A stretch of DNA of 64,000 bases from Candidatus Woesearchaeota archaeon (GTDB lineage Archaea > Nanobdellota > Nanobdellia > SCGC-AAA011-G17 > CAYFGV01), in NCBI GenBank assembly GCA_964452525.1, contig CAYVLZ010000004.1, forward strand, positions 32,543 through 96,542, read 5' to 3'. Shown one piece after another: positions 48,594-59,071 of this stretch; within the stretch, counting starts at the first letter, position 1; each line of letters opens with the position of its first letter. Under the pieces are notes generated by a model, which saw nothing but the letters and a program-made list of their open reading frames with translations, was not told the DNA's origin and searched no databases. The translations under genes were made by a program, and so were the position numbers.

Positions 48594-49703
48594 TTATTTT
48601 TTATCACCTATTGCTTTATCTACCATATTATCTATTATCTTCTTGGCATCCGATTCTGCTTCTTTTGAATACGGCAGGGGTGGTTTCTTCTTTTCTTTAG
48701 ATTCTTGCTTTTCTGTTTTCGGTGTTGCTTTATTCTCTTGTTCTTTTATATCTTCTTTTCCATCTTCTGTTTTATCTTGTTTAGTTACTTCTTTCTTTTC
48801 TTCCTTTTTAGGTTCTTCTTCCTTCTCTGTAGTTTCTTTTGGCTTTTCTTCGATATTTAGCTTGTTCTTAAGGTTTTCTGAAACCGTTTCTGCTTGTGCC
48901 AATATTGGTTTTACATCATCTGATGTAAGAATGTCTGCTGATTTTGTTAATGCTTTCGTCTCTGAGTCTGCTTTCTGTAGTAATTCTTTGATTGTTTCTT
49001 TTGTTACGTATGAAGAATATATAGCTAAGTTAAACGCTTCCATATATGCTTGTTGTAATCTATTTTTGTACCCTTCTTCGTCTATAGATAGTACATTTTT
49101 ATCATAAATTTGGCCTTTTTCATATACTGCTGTAAGATTTAAACCGATTTCTATTGGCTCTATTCCAAATCTAGCTAGAATATCTGCAGTTCTCGGATTT
49201 ATGTATTCTCCTTCTTTAACTATTGTTGTGTCATTTTTGACTATGATTTTTCCTGCTTCTATTCCTGTAGCTATTCCGGCCTGTCCAAGTTCTCCGATCA
49301 CCGGACCTGGAGCAAATGGTGTTGGACCAGCAGGTATTACTATGTCACTTGGAGAAGTTTGTCCGGCTTTTGCAGGAGCCCTTGATTTATTTTTATTTAA
49401 GATGCTAGAAAGTTTAAATGGATCTTGATTTGTAAATATTATTGCCGGCATGCATTTCTCTAAAAATGGCTCTAATTTTGAGATACCTTTCTTGTCTTTT
49501 TCTAAATCTTTTAAAGCTATCCTCATTAACCTTTTTTTGCTTACCTTGATTAATAAAGAATCTTTTAGTTTTGCTTTTATCTTTTGGAATTGTGCAGAAG
49601 GAAGTCCTGTTAAGTCTACTATTCCGATTACATCATACTTTTTAGTCAAATCTATTATTTTCTTTACTTCTACTTTCTTTGCATCTGAAACATGTGCTTT
49701 CAT
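48594..49703 (-). CDS. rplP0: Ribosomal protein uL10/P0
   Basis: APAKAG, GPTPFAPGP; charged C-terminal extension. Confidence 0.95.
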   Translation of the reverse strand: MKAHVSDAKKVEVKKIIDLTKKYDVIGIVDLTGLPSAQFQKIKAKLKDSLLIKVSKKRLMRIALKDLEKDKKGISKLEPFLEKCMPAIIFTNQDPFKLSSILNKNKSRAPAKAGQTSPSDIVIPAGPTPFAPGPVIGELGQAGIATGIEAGKIIVKNDTTIVKEGEYINPRTADILARFGIEPIEIGLNLTAVYEKGQIYDKNVLSIDEEGYKNRLQQAYMEAFNLAIYSSYVTKETIKELLQKADSETKALTKSADILTSDDVKPILAQAETVSENLKNKLNIEEKPKETTEKEEEPKKEEKKEVTKQDKTEDGKEDIKEQENKATPKTEKQESKEKKKPPLPYSKEAESDAKKIIDNMVDKAIGDKK

Positions 49704-50494
49704 TTTTTATCTTTTTCTTTTTTAGATTCCTTGTCTTCTTCCTTTTTCGGTTCTTTATTTTCTTTACTAGTTTCTTTTCTTGTTTCTTGTTTTTTAATTT
49801 CCGGTTTATCTATCTTTTTTTCTTCTTTAACCACAGGACCTTTGTTGGTTATTTTTAGTGGTTTGTTCATTGTTAATTTTAGATAAACAGAACCTATATT
49901 TCCTTCTTCACGAGGTAAGGAATGGGCAATATTATTGTAAATTGTTAGAATATTTTGTTGTATTTCTTCGTCTTTCATAGATTCTTTACCTACTGCACAT
50001 TTTAATATGGGTTCATTTTTTGTTTGCAATCTTACGGATCCTTCTAATTTGGCCGCCAAGGGTTTAAGATCTGCTGTAGGAGGAACTACGCAACCAAACT
50101 TGGGATTTGGCATTTTTTGTTTTGGACCTAGTACTTTACCAAAGGTCGTAGCTACGTTTGGCATTATATTTGCTTGTGCAATGAAATAATCAAATTGTGA
50201 TGCTAATTGTTTGATTAATTTTTTATCAGAATATTTAGGAAATTCTTCGGTAAGAATTGTTTTATCAAATAAAGCTTTAGCAGATGTTTGTAATTCTGGA
50301 CCTACAAAAGCGCATACCTTTGGTTTTTTTCCTTTTGGAAAGGGTAATGGAATAAGGGTGTTTATGTTTTCCTCTGATTTTTTTAAATCTATTTCTTTTA
50401 GATTTATGACTAAGTCGAAAGTTTGATCGAAGTTTCTCTTTTTAGAAAGCTCTCTTACCTTTTTAATAGAATTTATTATTGCTTCTTTGTTCAT
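49700..50494 (-). CDS. rpl1: Ribosomal protein uL1
   Basis: KKRNFDQTFDL, GKVLGPKQKMPNPK, LKLTM. Confidence 0.95.
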   Translation of the reverse strand: MNKEAIINSIKKVRELSKKRNFDQTFDLVINLKEIDLKKSEENINTLIPLPFPKGKKPKVCAFVGPELQTSAKALFDKTILTEEFPKYSDKKLIKQLASQFDYFIAQANIMPNVATTFGKVLGPKQKMPNPKFGCVVPPTADLKPLAAKLEGSVRLQTKNEPILKCAVGKESMKDEEIQQNILTIYNNIAHSLPREEGNIGSVYLKLTMNKPLKITNKGPVVKEEKKIDKPEIKKQETRKETSKENKEPKKEEDKESKKEKDKK

Positions 50495-50564
50495 CTTCCC
50501 TCCTACGTCAAGTAGTAAACGGGTTTAGTTAATGTGTTAGGTCTTGATTTATAAGTTTTTTGTT

Positions 50565-52772
50565 TTATAGCTTTTTCTTTCTGAGTAAGTTGGCGTTAGT
50601 TACAACTGTTATTGAAGATAATGCCATAGCTAATTCGGCAATTGCTGGATGCAGTAAACCAGCGATAGCTACTGGAATGGCTATTGTATTATAAAAGAAT
50701 GCAAAGAATAGGTTTTGTTTTATTTTTCTAAAAGTTACTTTACTCAAATTGATAGCTTGTACAACCCCTATTAAAGAACTTTTAGACAATACGATATCTC
50801 CTGCTTCTATTGCTATGTCTGTTCCTGAGCCCATTGCAATCCCTACATTACTTTGTTTTAATGCGGGTGCATCGTTAATGCCATCTCCAACAAATGCAAC
50901 CATTCCTTTCTTCTGTACTTTTTTTACTTCTTCGGTTTTTTCCTCTGGTAATACGTTAGCGATTACTTCTCTTATTCCAACTTCTTTTGCAATCGCTTTG
51001 GCAGTTCTCTCGTTGTCTCCAGTTATCATTATAATCTCGAATCCATATTTTTTTAATCTTTTTATTGCTTTTTTTGAATCATCCTTTAAAGAGTCTGCAA
51101 TACCTATTACTCCTATCGGTTTTTTGTTTTCAGATACAATTATAGTTGTATATCCTTTGTTCTCGAAACTTAATATTTTCTTTTCTAGATCTTTGTAATC
51201 AATTTTATTTTCTTTCATTAAGTTCGAGTTACCAATTATTACTTCTTTTGATCTTATGAATCCCTTAACGCCTCTTCCCCTTAGGATTTTGAAATTTTTA
51301 ACTGATTCGAATTTATTCAGGTTAGCTCTATTTACTATGGCTTTTGAAAGTGGATGTTCGCTATTTTTTTCTAAACTAGAAGCTATCTTTAATAAATATG
51401 ATTCTTTAACCTTGCTATAAATCTCTCTTACTTCTGGTTTTCCTTTAGTTATGGTTCCTGTCTTATCCAACATTATATATCTTATATCTTTCATAGTTTG
51501 GATAGCTTCTCCCTTTCTTATCAGTATTCCATTTTTAGCACCCATTCCAGAACCCACCGTTAATGCTGTTGGAGTAGCTAAACCTAGTGCGCAAGGGCAG
51601 GCAATAACAAGAACTGCTATCGCTACTCCTATAGATAGTCCAAGATTTGAACTAAAATACAACCATCCAAGAAAAGTCAGAAGAGTTATAATAAGAACAA
51701 CTGGCACAAAGATATTTGTAACCTTATCAGCGAATGCTTGTATGGGAATCTTAGATCCTTGTGCCTTTTCTACTAGCTTTATTATGTTTGATAAGAATGT
51801 GTTTTTACCTATTTTTTCTGCTTTTACATATAAGATCCCGTCTTGATTGACTGTTGCTCCCATTACCTTATCGTTTACACTTTTGTCAACGGGTATACTT
51901 TCTCCAGAAACCATAGACTCGTCTACACTACTTTCACCCTTTATAACAACGCCGTCGGTAGGAATCTTTTCTCCGGGCTTTATGACCATCACATCTCCTA
52001 TCTGAACTTGAGAAATGGCAACTTCAATTTCTTTATTTTTTCTTAAGACTATAGCCTTTTTAGCTTCTAATTCTAAAAGTTTTTTAATTTCTTGTCCTGC
52101 TTTTCCTCTGGCCTTGCTTTCTATAAATTTTCCCGTAAGAAATATAGACATTATCATTGCAGAGACGCCAGAGTAATCCCTTACAGGAAGAAAAAATGTA
52201 GCAATTCCTGATAGATATGCAGTGATTGTTCCTAGTGCAATCAATAGATCCATATTAAAGTAAAGACGCGATAAACCTTTGAACCCTCCTTTTATTGTAT
52301 TCCAACCAAGTATGAAAACAACCGGAAAGCTAATTAATAATAGGAGTATGGATGTTGTTTGGCTGGAAAAAATTTCAAGGTCAAATAATCTTTCCGAGAA
52401 CATCAAAAATGCTGCAGGAATAGTTAAACTCCATGCTAAAACCATTTTCCTCTTCCAGGATGATATTTCTGAATCTTTAGCCTTTACACCATGATGTATA
52501 TCTTGATTCATGTTTGTATTTTTATTGGGGACGGTGTCTGCGTTAGGTCCGTCATCTGTTTTTATGCTACTAATTGTGTAATTTCCAACGCTTTCTATAG
52601 CCTTTTTGATATCTTCTTTAGGCAATTCTTTTTCATATTTTATAAAAGCCTTTTTTGACATTATTTGGACATCTACTTCTTTTACGACTTTAATTTTTTT
52701 TAATGCTTTTGTGATGTTTGCCTGACAATATGCACAATGCATTCCTTCAATCTTTATTTCCGCTTTTTTCAT
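50565..52772 (-). CDS. copA: Cu(I)-transporting P1B-type ATPase
   Basis: [32 protein letters not shown] and MALSS. Confidence 0.95.
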   Translation of the reverse strand: MKKAEIKIEGMHCAYCQANITKALKKIKVVKEVDVQIMSKKAFIKYEKELPKEDIKKAIESVGNYTISSIKTDDGPNADTVPNKNTNMNQDIHHGVKAKDSEISSWKRKMVLAWSLTIPAAFLMFSERLFDLEIFSSQTTSILLLLISFPVVFILGWNTIKGGFKGLSRLYFNMDLLIALGTITAYLSGIATFFLPVRDYSGVSAMIMSIFLTGKFIESKARGKAGQEIKKLLELEAKKAIVLRKNKEIEVAISQVQIGDVMVIKPGEKIPTDGVVIKGESSVDESMVSGESIPVDKSVNDKVMGATVNQDGILYVKAEKIGKNTFLSNIIKLVEKAQGSKIPIQAFADKVTNIFVPVVLIITLLTFLGWLYFSSNLGLSIGVAIAVLVIACPCALGLATPTALTVGSGMGAKNGILIRKGEAIQTMKDIRYIMLDKTGTITKGKPEVREIYSKVKESYLLKIASSLEKNSEHPLSKAIVNRANLNKFESVKNFKILRGRGVKGFIRSKEVIIGNSNLMKENKIDYKDLEKKILSFENKGYTTIIVSENKKPIGVIGIADSLKDDSKKAIKRLKKYGFEIIMITGDNERTAKAIAKEVGIREVIANVLPEEKTEEVKKVQKKGMVAFVGDGINDAPALKQSNVGIAMGSGTDIAIEAGDIVLSKSSLIGVVQAINLSKVTFRKIKQNLFFAFFYNTIAIPVAIAGLLHPAIAELAMALSSITVVTNANLLRKKKL

Positions 52773-52791
52773 ATGATTGTGTGCCTCCTCC

Positions 52792-53046
52792 TTACTTTCT
52801 TTTCCTTTTTGATGGTTCTTGTATCTTTTTAATCAACCAAGTAATTAACAGTACCAATGCTACTATCGCTAAAATACAGAATATTAACCAAAAAAGTCCT
52901 ATTCCAAACATATGGCCCCCAAAATATCCCATCATGTCGTGATGATAAAGATCATTTTCGTCTACATGAGCAAAAACTGTGGTCATTGATAAAAATACAA
53001 ATGAAAAAAAAGTTAAGAGGGTTATTATCTTCTTAATTTTTATCAC
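52792..53046 (-). CDS. Small His/Met-rich membrane protein
   Basis: Signal peptide, HHDMMG..GHMFG, TM segment. Confidence 0.7.
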   Translation of the reverse strand: MIKIKKIITLLTFFSFVFLSMTTVFAHVDENDLYHHDMMGYFGGHMFGIGLFWLIFCILAIVALVLLITWLIKKIQEPSKRKRK

Positions 53047-53404
53047 CTCCCTTGCCTGCTCTTAAGATGTGTATGCAATATCTAGACATATGTTTCTCTA
53101 TTATCGCCATTAGAGGCTTGATTGTTTCTTCATTTAATCTATAGTATCTAAATTTTTTATTAATTTGTGAAGTAACAAAACCACACCTCTTTAGTCTAGC
53201 GAGATTATGGGAAACAGAGGTTTGATCCATATCTAACTCTTCCACAATTTCTGAGACATTCTTTTTTCCTTTTCTTAGGATATTGATTATCTTTAATCTA
53301 GGTTCACTTACCAATGTTCCAAAGAATATCTTATAAGCTCCGTATAGTTCTTCCTGATCATACCCTTCTTTATGACAAGATTTTAATATGTTTTTATTTA
53401 TCAT
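53033..53404 (-). CDS. ArsR/SmtB metalloregulator
   Basis: RLKII..SVSHNLARLKRCG..YYRL. Confidence 0.9.
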   Translation of the reverse strand: MINKNILKSCHKEGYDQEELYGAYKIFFGTLVSEPRLKIINILRKGKKNVSEIVEELDMDQTSVSHNLARLKRCGFVTSQINKKFRYYRLNEETIKPLMAIIEKHMSRYCIHILRAGKGGDKN

Positions 53405-53512
53405 ATGACTATGGGATACATAATACTATTTAAAACTTCCGTTTTTTAAAGACTTATTAAATTAAACGTTCTTACTATGTTCGGAACAGTAAATCTCTAG
53501 AAATGTATTACT

Positions 53513-53968
53513 CTATATCTGTTCTTCTATGGGAACTCCATATTTCTCATACATCATTTGTTTTAAAGTTTCCAAATGTTGTTCTCCCATTTCCTCAGCA
53601 ATTGATGTTGCAAAATATTTTGCAAGGAATTTGTTTCCATGACCTTCCATTATTTCTCCTATACATTCGCCACAAGGATGGACTCCTTCCATTACATCTT
53701 TCAAACAGTTACAAGTTGCCCCTTCTCCATGTTTAGGATCTTTTTCAATACAATATGTACAAGGTTTTTCTAAGCAACATGCATAGTCTCCTTGAACAAT
53801 TTGTTCTTCTATTATTGTTTCTTTTTCTTCAAGGAAGTGTTGCCTTTTTTCTTCAATATCCATGTCTTTGAAATCTCCTTGCGCATTAGTATTAAAATTC
53901 AAAAAAACACCAATTAAGATTCCAATTATGAGTACTGGAATAATTTTTAACCATATTTTCTTTCTCAT
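53513..53968 (-). CDS. Cys-rich membrane-anchored protein
   Basis: CCLEKPCTYC, CNC, CGEC. Confidence 0.75.
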   Translation of the reverse strand: MRKKIWLKIIPVLIIGILIGVFLNFNTNAQGDFKDMDIEEKRQHFLEEKETIIEEQIVQGDYACCLEKPCTYCIEKDPKHGEGATCNCLKDVMEGVHPCGECIGEIMEGHGNKFLAKYFATSIAEEMGEQHLETLKQMMYEKYGVPIEEQI

Positions 53969-53970
53969 TA

Positions 53971-54426
53971 TTATATCTCCATGAAATCAGAATAAACACC
54001 TTCTTTTAATGAATATATTTTGAAAAGTTCTCTTTTTGGACCAGGCATTCCTGGAGATCCAGAAGGCATTTCTGGCAAGGATATTCCGTCTATGTCAGGT
54101 TTTTCGCTTAGGAGTTTATTAATGGCTTCAATAGGAACATGGCCTTCTACAAAGTAACCTTCGATAATGGAAGTGTGACAACTTTGCATGTTATAAGGAA
54201 TTTGATAATCTTTTTTGATCTCATTCATACCGGTATTTATAGATTCTACTTCAAAACCATTTTTTTTCAAGTATGGAATATATTTAACACAACACCCACA
54301 ATTTGGAGATTTGTACATAAGTACTTTTATATCGGATGGGTCTTGAGATCTTGATTGGCTAGCTAATAAGAATCCTGGGATTAATAAAGCAATAAAAATT
54401 AAAGAAAATAAAGTTATTTTCTTCAT
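53971..54426 (-). CDS. DUF411/CopG-like metal-binding protein
   Basis: YKSPNCGCC, SCHT, EGHVP, MPSGSPGM. Confidence 0.9.
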   Translation of the reverse strand: MKKITLFSLIFIALLIPGFLLASQSRSQDPSDIKVLMYKSPNCGCCVKYIPYLKKNGFEVESINTGMNEIKKDYQIPYNMQSCHTSIIEGYFVEGHVPIEAINKLLSEKPDIDGISLPEMPSGSPGMPGPKRELFKIYSLKEGVYSDFMEI

Positions 54427-54427
54427 A

Positions 54428-54625
54428 TCAACATCCCCCTACCATTCCACCATACCCTGGATTTGAACTAGTGCTTCCACCACCAGAACTTGTTTTAGTT
54501 GGTGAGGCTCCTGCTGTGTTTCCTTCTTCAACATTTTCCCTTAAATCACTAAGTTGGAAAGCCTGCACAGTTGAAACAATTACAAGAGTTACTAAAACTA
54601 TCAATAGTATTACTTCTTTTTTCAT
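54428..54625 (-). CDS. Small membrane-anchored protein ending GGMVGGC
   Basis: TM, Ser/Gly linker, terminal motif shared with 54920-55588. Confidence 0.75.
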   Translation of the reverse strand: MKKEVILLIVLVTLVIVSTVQAFQLSDLRENVEEGNTAGASPTKTSSGGGSTSSNPGYGGMVGGC

Positions 54626-54626
54626 T

Positions 54627-54926
54627 TTAATGCATGCCTCCCATCATATTTCTATGCATCCTTTCATGATGACTTTCCATGTTTTCATGCATATTACTCA
54701 TATGACACATATCTTCCATACCTTCACAGGCTTCTACTTCCATACCGCAGTAATCGCATATTCCGTCTTCATCTAGGTCCATATGCTCTTCATCTTCCAT
54801 CATGTAGTTGTCATCAGTAACGTAATCACTATGGCCGCTAACTAAAGTTGACCAAGCTATAGTCAATACTAGCAATCCGATTCCCAATCCCAATAATAAT
54901 GTATTTTTATTTTCCACTTTTAACAA
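54627..54926 (-). CDS. His/Met-rich membrane-anchored protein
   Basis: TM, CDYC, MHENMESHHERMH. Confidence 0.75.
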   Translation of the reverse strand: MLKVENKNTLLLGLGIGLLVLTIAWSTLVSGHSDYVTDDNYMMEDEEHMDLDEDGICDYCGMEVEACEGMEDMCHMSNMHENMESHHERMHRNMMGGMH

Positions 54927-55588
54927 CCTCCTACCATTCCTCCTCCAGCAGTTCCCTTTTCAATTCCCCTGTATTGGTTTGAAGCTAGAGAAATGTAATT
55001 AACATCTATTCCATTTTCTTGTAAGATCCTGGCTTTAGCTGTTAATTGTCCTGGGAAGAATAGTGTTTTCCACTTTCCTAGTTCTTCTAGGATTTGTTCG
55101 TCTGTAAATTCGTCTCCATGGTTTTGTATTAAGTATTTAGCCAAGCCCCTCATAGCATAACTATGTGCACATCCGCAAGCAGGCTCTCCGTTACTGAATA
55201 TTATTGCATTTGCTCCGCAGCAATATTCGCATGAAATGCTTCCTGCAACTCTAATATATCTTTCTAAATCCTCTCCAGTCAAAGTCATTGTTCTATCGTA
55301 TTCTGATAAAGTCTCTATAGTTTGATCGGCAAGTACTGGGTCACTAGGTGATACGTCATCGAAACTAATTCCTAGTTCTTGTCCATAGCTTTCAGGAACG
55401 CCTGTTGGAATAACATTAGCTTCTAAAGTTACTGAATCGTCACTATAAGCAGTTACTAAACCTCCCCCATTTGCGCTGGATATTTGATATTGATTGTATA
55501 GCACTATAACTGCTAGAGCGATTACTAATATCATGTTTAATCTGTTTATGTTAAATTTTTGTTTCTTTTCTGATTTTATTTCTTCCAT
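54920..55588 (-). CDS. Cys-motif membrane-anchored protein ending GGMVGGC
   Basis: CEYCCG, CGCAH. Confidence 0.8.
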   Translation of the reverse strand: MEEIKSEKKQKFNINRLNMILVIALAVIVLYNQYQISSANGGGLVTAYSDDSVTLEANVIPTGVPESYGQELGISFDDVSPSDPVLADQTIETLSEYDRTMTLTGEDLERYIRVAGSISCEYCCGANAIIFSNGEPACGCAHSYAMRGLAKYLIQNHGDEFTDEQILEELGKWKTLFFPGQLTAKARILQENGIDVNYISLASNQYRGIEKGTAGGGMVGGC

Positions 55589-55650
55589 TTTGATTTCTCC
55601 AAATTTTTTGTTAGAATTAGTTAAATGAAACGCCTTAAAAGCGTTTGTTG

Positions 55651-55662
55651 GAAACTAGTTTC
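55651..55662. promoter_or_regulatory. Palindrome GAAACTAGTTTC upstream of the copper-cluster promoter
   Basis: Perfect 12-bp palindrome about 10 bp upstream of a minus-strand TTTTAAG. Confidence 0.45.
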
Positions 55663-55663
55663 A

Positions 55664-56158
55664 CTAAGAGTTTCTGGGTTTTAAGATCACTACGTTAGTC
55701 ATTCCTCTTCTTTTCCTTTCAATTAAGCCTCTGCCTTCTAGTTTATCAAGAATTCTTGTAACCTTGACTTTGTTTAATCCGGATTTCTCTACTAAATCCG
55801 ACTGTAAAGCTGATCCTTCATTTTCTTGGATTATATTTAAGATTGAAGACTCGTCTTTTGATAACTTAGAAATAATATTTTGCACTTTTAATTTTTCTTT
55901 TCTATCTCTTGGAAGGATTAGGTATATAGAAATTACAAGTAACATGACAAGGGAAATTGATATGAGTAAAGTTGGCCAGAATAATTTATTTATCTCATCG
56001 TAAGGACATCCCTCTCCAGTGTGCTTACATTCTCCACCTACTTCAGATATTATTTGTTCTTTATAGCTTTGTTCTAATCGGATTCTGAAGTATAGGAATA
56101 GTGAAGATAGTACAATAGCTATTACTAAAAGCAGGATTCCGATTTTTTTAAGTTCCAT
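55664..56158 (-). CDS. Membrane-tethered wHTH regulator
   Basis: Two TM helices flanking CKHTGEGCP; C-terminal KVKVTRILDKLEGRGLIERKRRGMTN. Confidence 0.85.
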   Translation of the reverse strand: MELKKIGILLLVIAIVLSSLFLYFRIRLEQSYKEQIISEVGGECKHTGEGCPYDEINKLFWPTLLISISLVMLLVISIYLILPRDRKEKLKVQNIISKLSKDESSILNIIQENEGSALQSDLVEKSGLNKVKVTRILDKLEGRGLIERKRRGMTNVVILKPRNS

Positions 56159-56202
56159 TTTTGATTAATATTCTTTAGTTTTATTTAAACCTTGTGTTTA
56201 AA

Positions 56203-56718
56203 TTAATTAATGTTTTGGATTATATATACATACAATGTTTCGAAGAATAAACTTTTTTCTGATAATTTTTTATATTTATAATTGTATTTTTCAATAATCT
56301 TATCTATGTCTGGTGTTAATGAACTAAATACCATTAAGATTTTTCCATCTTTTTTTAAATAGTTTTTAGCTTGTTTTAAGAATCTTTCAATTATTTCGTT
56401 ACCCTTCTCTCCCCCAGCAGTAGATATTGAAGAATCTTTTGGCTCTCTTTTGTCTTTTGGCAAGTAAGGCGGGTTAAATATTATTAAATCAAATTTTCCC
56501 TTAATATTTGAGAAAAGATCTGATTCTATTGCTTTGATGCCTTTTTTCTTTAGATAAGAAACAACTTCTGGATTAATGTCTGCTGCTAATACGTCTGAAT
56601 TTTTTGCTGCTTCAGATTGTATTCCAGAACCTGCTCCCATGTCTAGAACTTTTCCTTTAGCATATTTTTTAACTTGCTCTTCTAATAAAAAAGAGTCTTC
56701 AGCTGGTTCGTATATCAT
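56203..56718 (-). CDS. HemK2/PrmC-like methyltransferase
   Basis: YEPAEDSFLL, LDMGAGSG, FNPPY. Confidence 0.92.
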   Translation of the reverse strand: MIYEPAEDSFLLEEQVKKYAKGKVLDMGAGSGIQSEAAKNSDVLAADINPEVVSYLKKKGIKAIESDLFSNIKGKFDLIIFNPPYLPKDKREPKDSSISTAGGEKGNEIIERFLKQAKNYLKKDGKILMVFSSLTPDIDKIIEKYNYKYKKLSEKSLFFETLYVYIIQNIN

Positions 56719-56766
56719 AGAAAAGAGAAAGAAAAATTATTTAAAAGAGTATCTAAAAATAAGTAT

Positions 56767-57711
56767 ATGGATAAAAAATTATTTTTATTAGCAATAATAC
56801 CTGTTGTTATTTTAATTTACTTTAGTTTTGGGTTTGATGATGTTAATGAAAAAGATGACTTCAAGATTATTGATGCACATGAGCATGTTCAGGATTTTGA
56901 AAGGGGATTGAATTTGCTTCAAGCTATGGAGAATAATGGGATAAAACAAGTATGGTTGATGGGAAGTCCGGAAGCTACCATTTACATCAATAGAGAAGGT
57001 TTTGGAGGTTATGATGTTAATAATGAAGAGCTTTTAAAATTAGTAGAAGCTTATCCTGATAGGTTCGTTGCTTTTTGTACTGTTAAGCCTGAAGATCCTG
57101 AAAAACTTAATAAATTTAAATCCTGTATAGAAAGGGGTGGAAAAGGTTTGAAATTATATACTGGCCATTCTATGTTCTATACTTTACCTTTAGACGATCC
57201 TGTAATGGATGAAATTTATTCTTATGTTGAAGAGAATAGGATTCCTATAATGTTTCATGTCAATGCTGGTAAATATGTAGAAGAATTTGAAAATGTTTTA
57301 AAAAAATATCCAGATATGAAAGTAATATGTCCTCATTTCTGTTTATCTTCTATTAGAATTAGCAGATTACAACGTTTATTGGATACTTATGAGAATCTTT
57401 ACACAGATATTTCATTTGGTGCTTTTGCTATGGAAGGTTTAGAAAGAATATCTAAAGATACTGAAAAATATAAGGATTTTATTAATTCTTACTCTGATAG
57501 AGTTTTATTTGGATCTGATATGGTTGTTACTAATAATCCGATTAAGACAGTTGAATGGTTAACTGGAAAATCTAAGTGTTATGTTGACCTTTTAGAGAAT
57601 GGAGAATATATATGTAGTTTAGCCCCTGATAAGACTTTAAATGGATTAGATTTAAGCAATGAAGTATTGAGAAAGATATATATTGAGAATCCCAAGAAGA
57701 TATTTAGTTAA
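56767..57711 (+). CDS. Amidohydrolase family protein, membrane-anchored
   Basis: IDAHEH, MFH, PHF, FGSD. Confidence 0.85.
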   Translation: MDKKLFLLAIIPVVILIYFSFGFDDVNEKDDFKIIDAHEHVQDFERGLNLLQAMENNGIKQVWLMGSPEATIYINREGFGGYDVNNEELLKLVEAYPDRFVAFCTVKPEDPEKLNKFKSCIERGGKGLKLYTGHSMFYTLPLDDPVMDEIYSYVEENRIPIMFHVNAGKYVEEFENVLKKYPDMKVICPHFCLSSIRISRLQRLLDTYENLYTDISFGAFAMEGLERISKDTEKYKDFINSYSDRVLFGSDMVVTNNPIKTVEWLTGKSKCYVDLLENGEYICSLAPDKTLNGLDLSNEVLRKIYIENPKKIFS

Positions 57712-58159
57712 TAGCATCAAAGTATTCTCTTACTCTTTCTAGAATACTTTTAAGGTAGAAATCTTTTATTTTTTTGTCAAATATTACTGAAGGATTTTCA
57801 AATTCTGTAATTCTGTATTTGTTTTTTATTGTTTCTACTAGATAAATATCTTTTAATCTTCTTAACTGTCTTCTTACATTGGATGAAGCAATACCTTTTA
57901 ATGGAAGCTTTTGTCTTTTTCTTAGTTTTATAGCAGAGTCTTTTATTTCTTCTGAAGTCAAGAATTTTTTTTGTTTTTTAGCATTTAATAGGACTTGTAA
58001 GATGTCTACTATTATGTCTCTGCTGTCTCCTGGTTGTAATAAACCAGTGGATAAACATAATTTTCTTGTTAGTTCTCTTTTTTTAGAGGTATAAGGTTTT
58101 TCGTATCTTCTTAGTGTGATTTCTGATAATGGGGTGTCTTTTGATATTGTTTTTGGCAT
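57704..58159 (-). CDS. Hypothetical wHTH protein
   Basis: ITLRRYEKP, LLQPGDSRD; start moved to ATG 58159. Confidence 0.75.
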   Translation of the reverse strand: MPKTISKDTPLSEITLRRYEKPYTSKKRELTRKLCLSTGLLQPGDSRDIIVDILQVLLNAKKQKKFLTSEEIKDSAIKLRKRQKLPLKGIASSNVRRQLRRLKDIYLVETIKNKYRITEFENPSVIFDKKIKDFYLKSILERVREYFDAIN

Positions 58160-58287
58160 TACTAAAATTATATTATTTTGATTTAAATAATTTTGGTTTT
58201 TCTTATAATAGAAAGTGTACATAATATTTCTCGTAAAGTTTATATTTAAGTAGATTATCCTTGTTATGGGGTGAAGGAGGGATTAAA

Positions 58288-58584
58288 ATGACACATCCGA
58301 AAGTAGATTCTTATAGTGTGCTTGAAGTAAAAACAAAGAGGGGTAAAGAATATGAAATTTTTGTTGGAGAGATTGATGGAGAATTGCACCTGTTAGGTTA
58401 TAGACCTTCTGATATAGCCTATCTATTTTCTGAAAATGAATGTTCTTCACTAGATTTGGGAATAGTTAGGCTACCTGAAAACAAAAAATCACTTAGTGAT
58501 TTAGTTAAGGGGGATATACTCAGTGTGGAGAAGGAAGGAAAAGTAGGGGAACTAAACGGAATAATTTATTTAGGAAGAGGATAA
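58288..58584 (+). CDS. Hypothetical protein
   Basis: GGAGG SD before ATG 58288. Confidence 0.6.
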   Translation: MTHPKVDSYSVLEVKTKRGKEYEIFVGEIDGELHLLGYRPSDIAYLFSENECSSLDLGIVRLPENKKSLSDLVKGDILSVEKEGKVGELNGIIYLGRG

Positions 58585-58651
58585 TCAAGTCTTAGAAAAC
58601 TCTCTTCGAGAATACAATAAGTTTTATATAGATGTTATAGTTGGTTTAGTT

Positions 58652-59008
58652 ATGACAGAATTAATAGCTTGTTTAAGTACGGGAAAGGGGACGTGGGGGC
58701 ATGTTTCTAGGTTAATTAGCGAAGAAAAATGGGATAAAGTTTTCTTAATAACAAATGATTATGGGAAAGAAAACTTTAATGCTGATGAAAAGACAGAACT
58801 AATAGCAATGAATATGAACCAAGGATTGAGGGAATTAAGAGATAATATTAAAGAAGCATTAAAAGGAAAGATAAAAGGTACAGAGGTAGCTGTTAATTTT
58901 ATTTCTGGTAGTGGAAGAGAGCATATGGCTTTGATCTCTGCTTTACTTAGTTTAGGTATAGGGTTAAGATTAGTTGCTTTGACTAAAGAAGGTGTGGAAG
59001 TTATTTAA
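58652..59008 (+). CDS. Hypothetical Rossmann-like (possibly CARF-like) protein
   Basis: LIACLSTG, DKVFLIT, VAVNFISGSGRE. Confidence 0.7.
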   Translation: MTELIACLSTGKGTWGHVSRLISEEKWDKVFLITNDYGKENFNADEKTELIAMNMNQGLRELRDNIKEALKGKIKGTEVAVNFISGSGREHMALISALLSLGIGLRLVALTKEGVEVI

Positions 59009-59071
59009 TTACTTGTTATTGGTAACCAATAAAGGTAACCTTTATATACTTCTTTTATTTTGTTCTCAATT

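Noticed and set aside
50495-50545. L1 autoregulatory site upstream of rpl1
   Set aside because: A small hairpin and GGAG are present, but I could not fit the L1-binding consensus.
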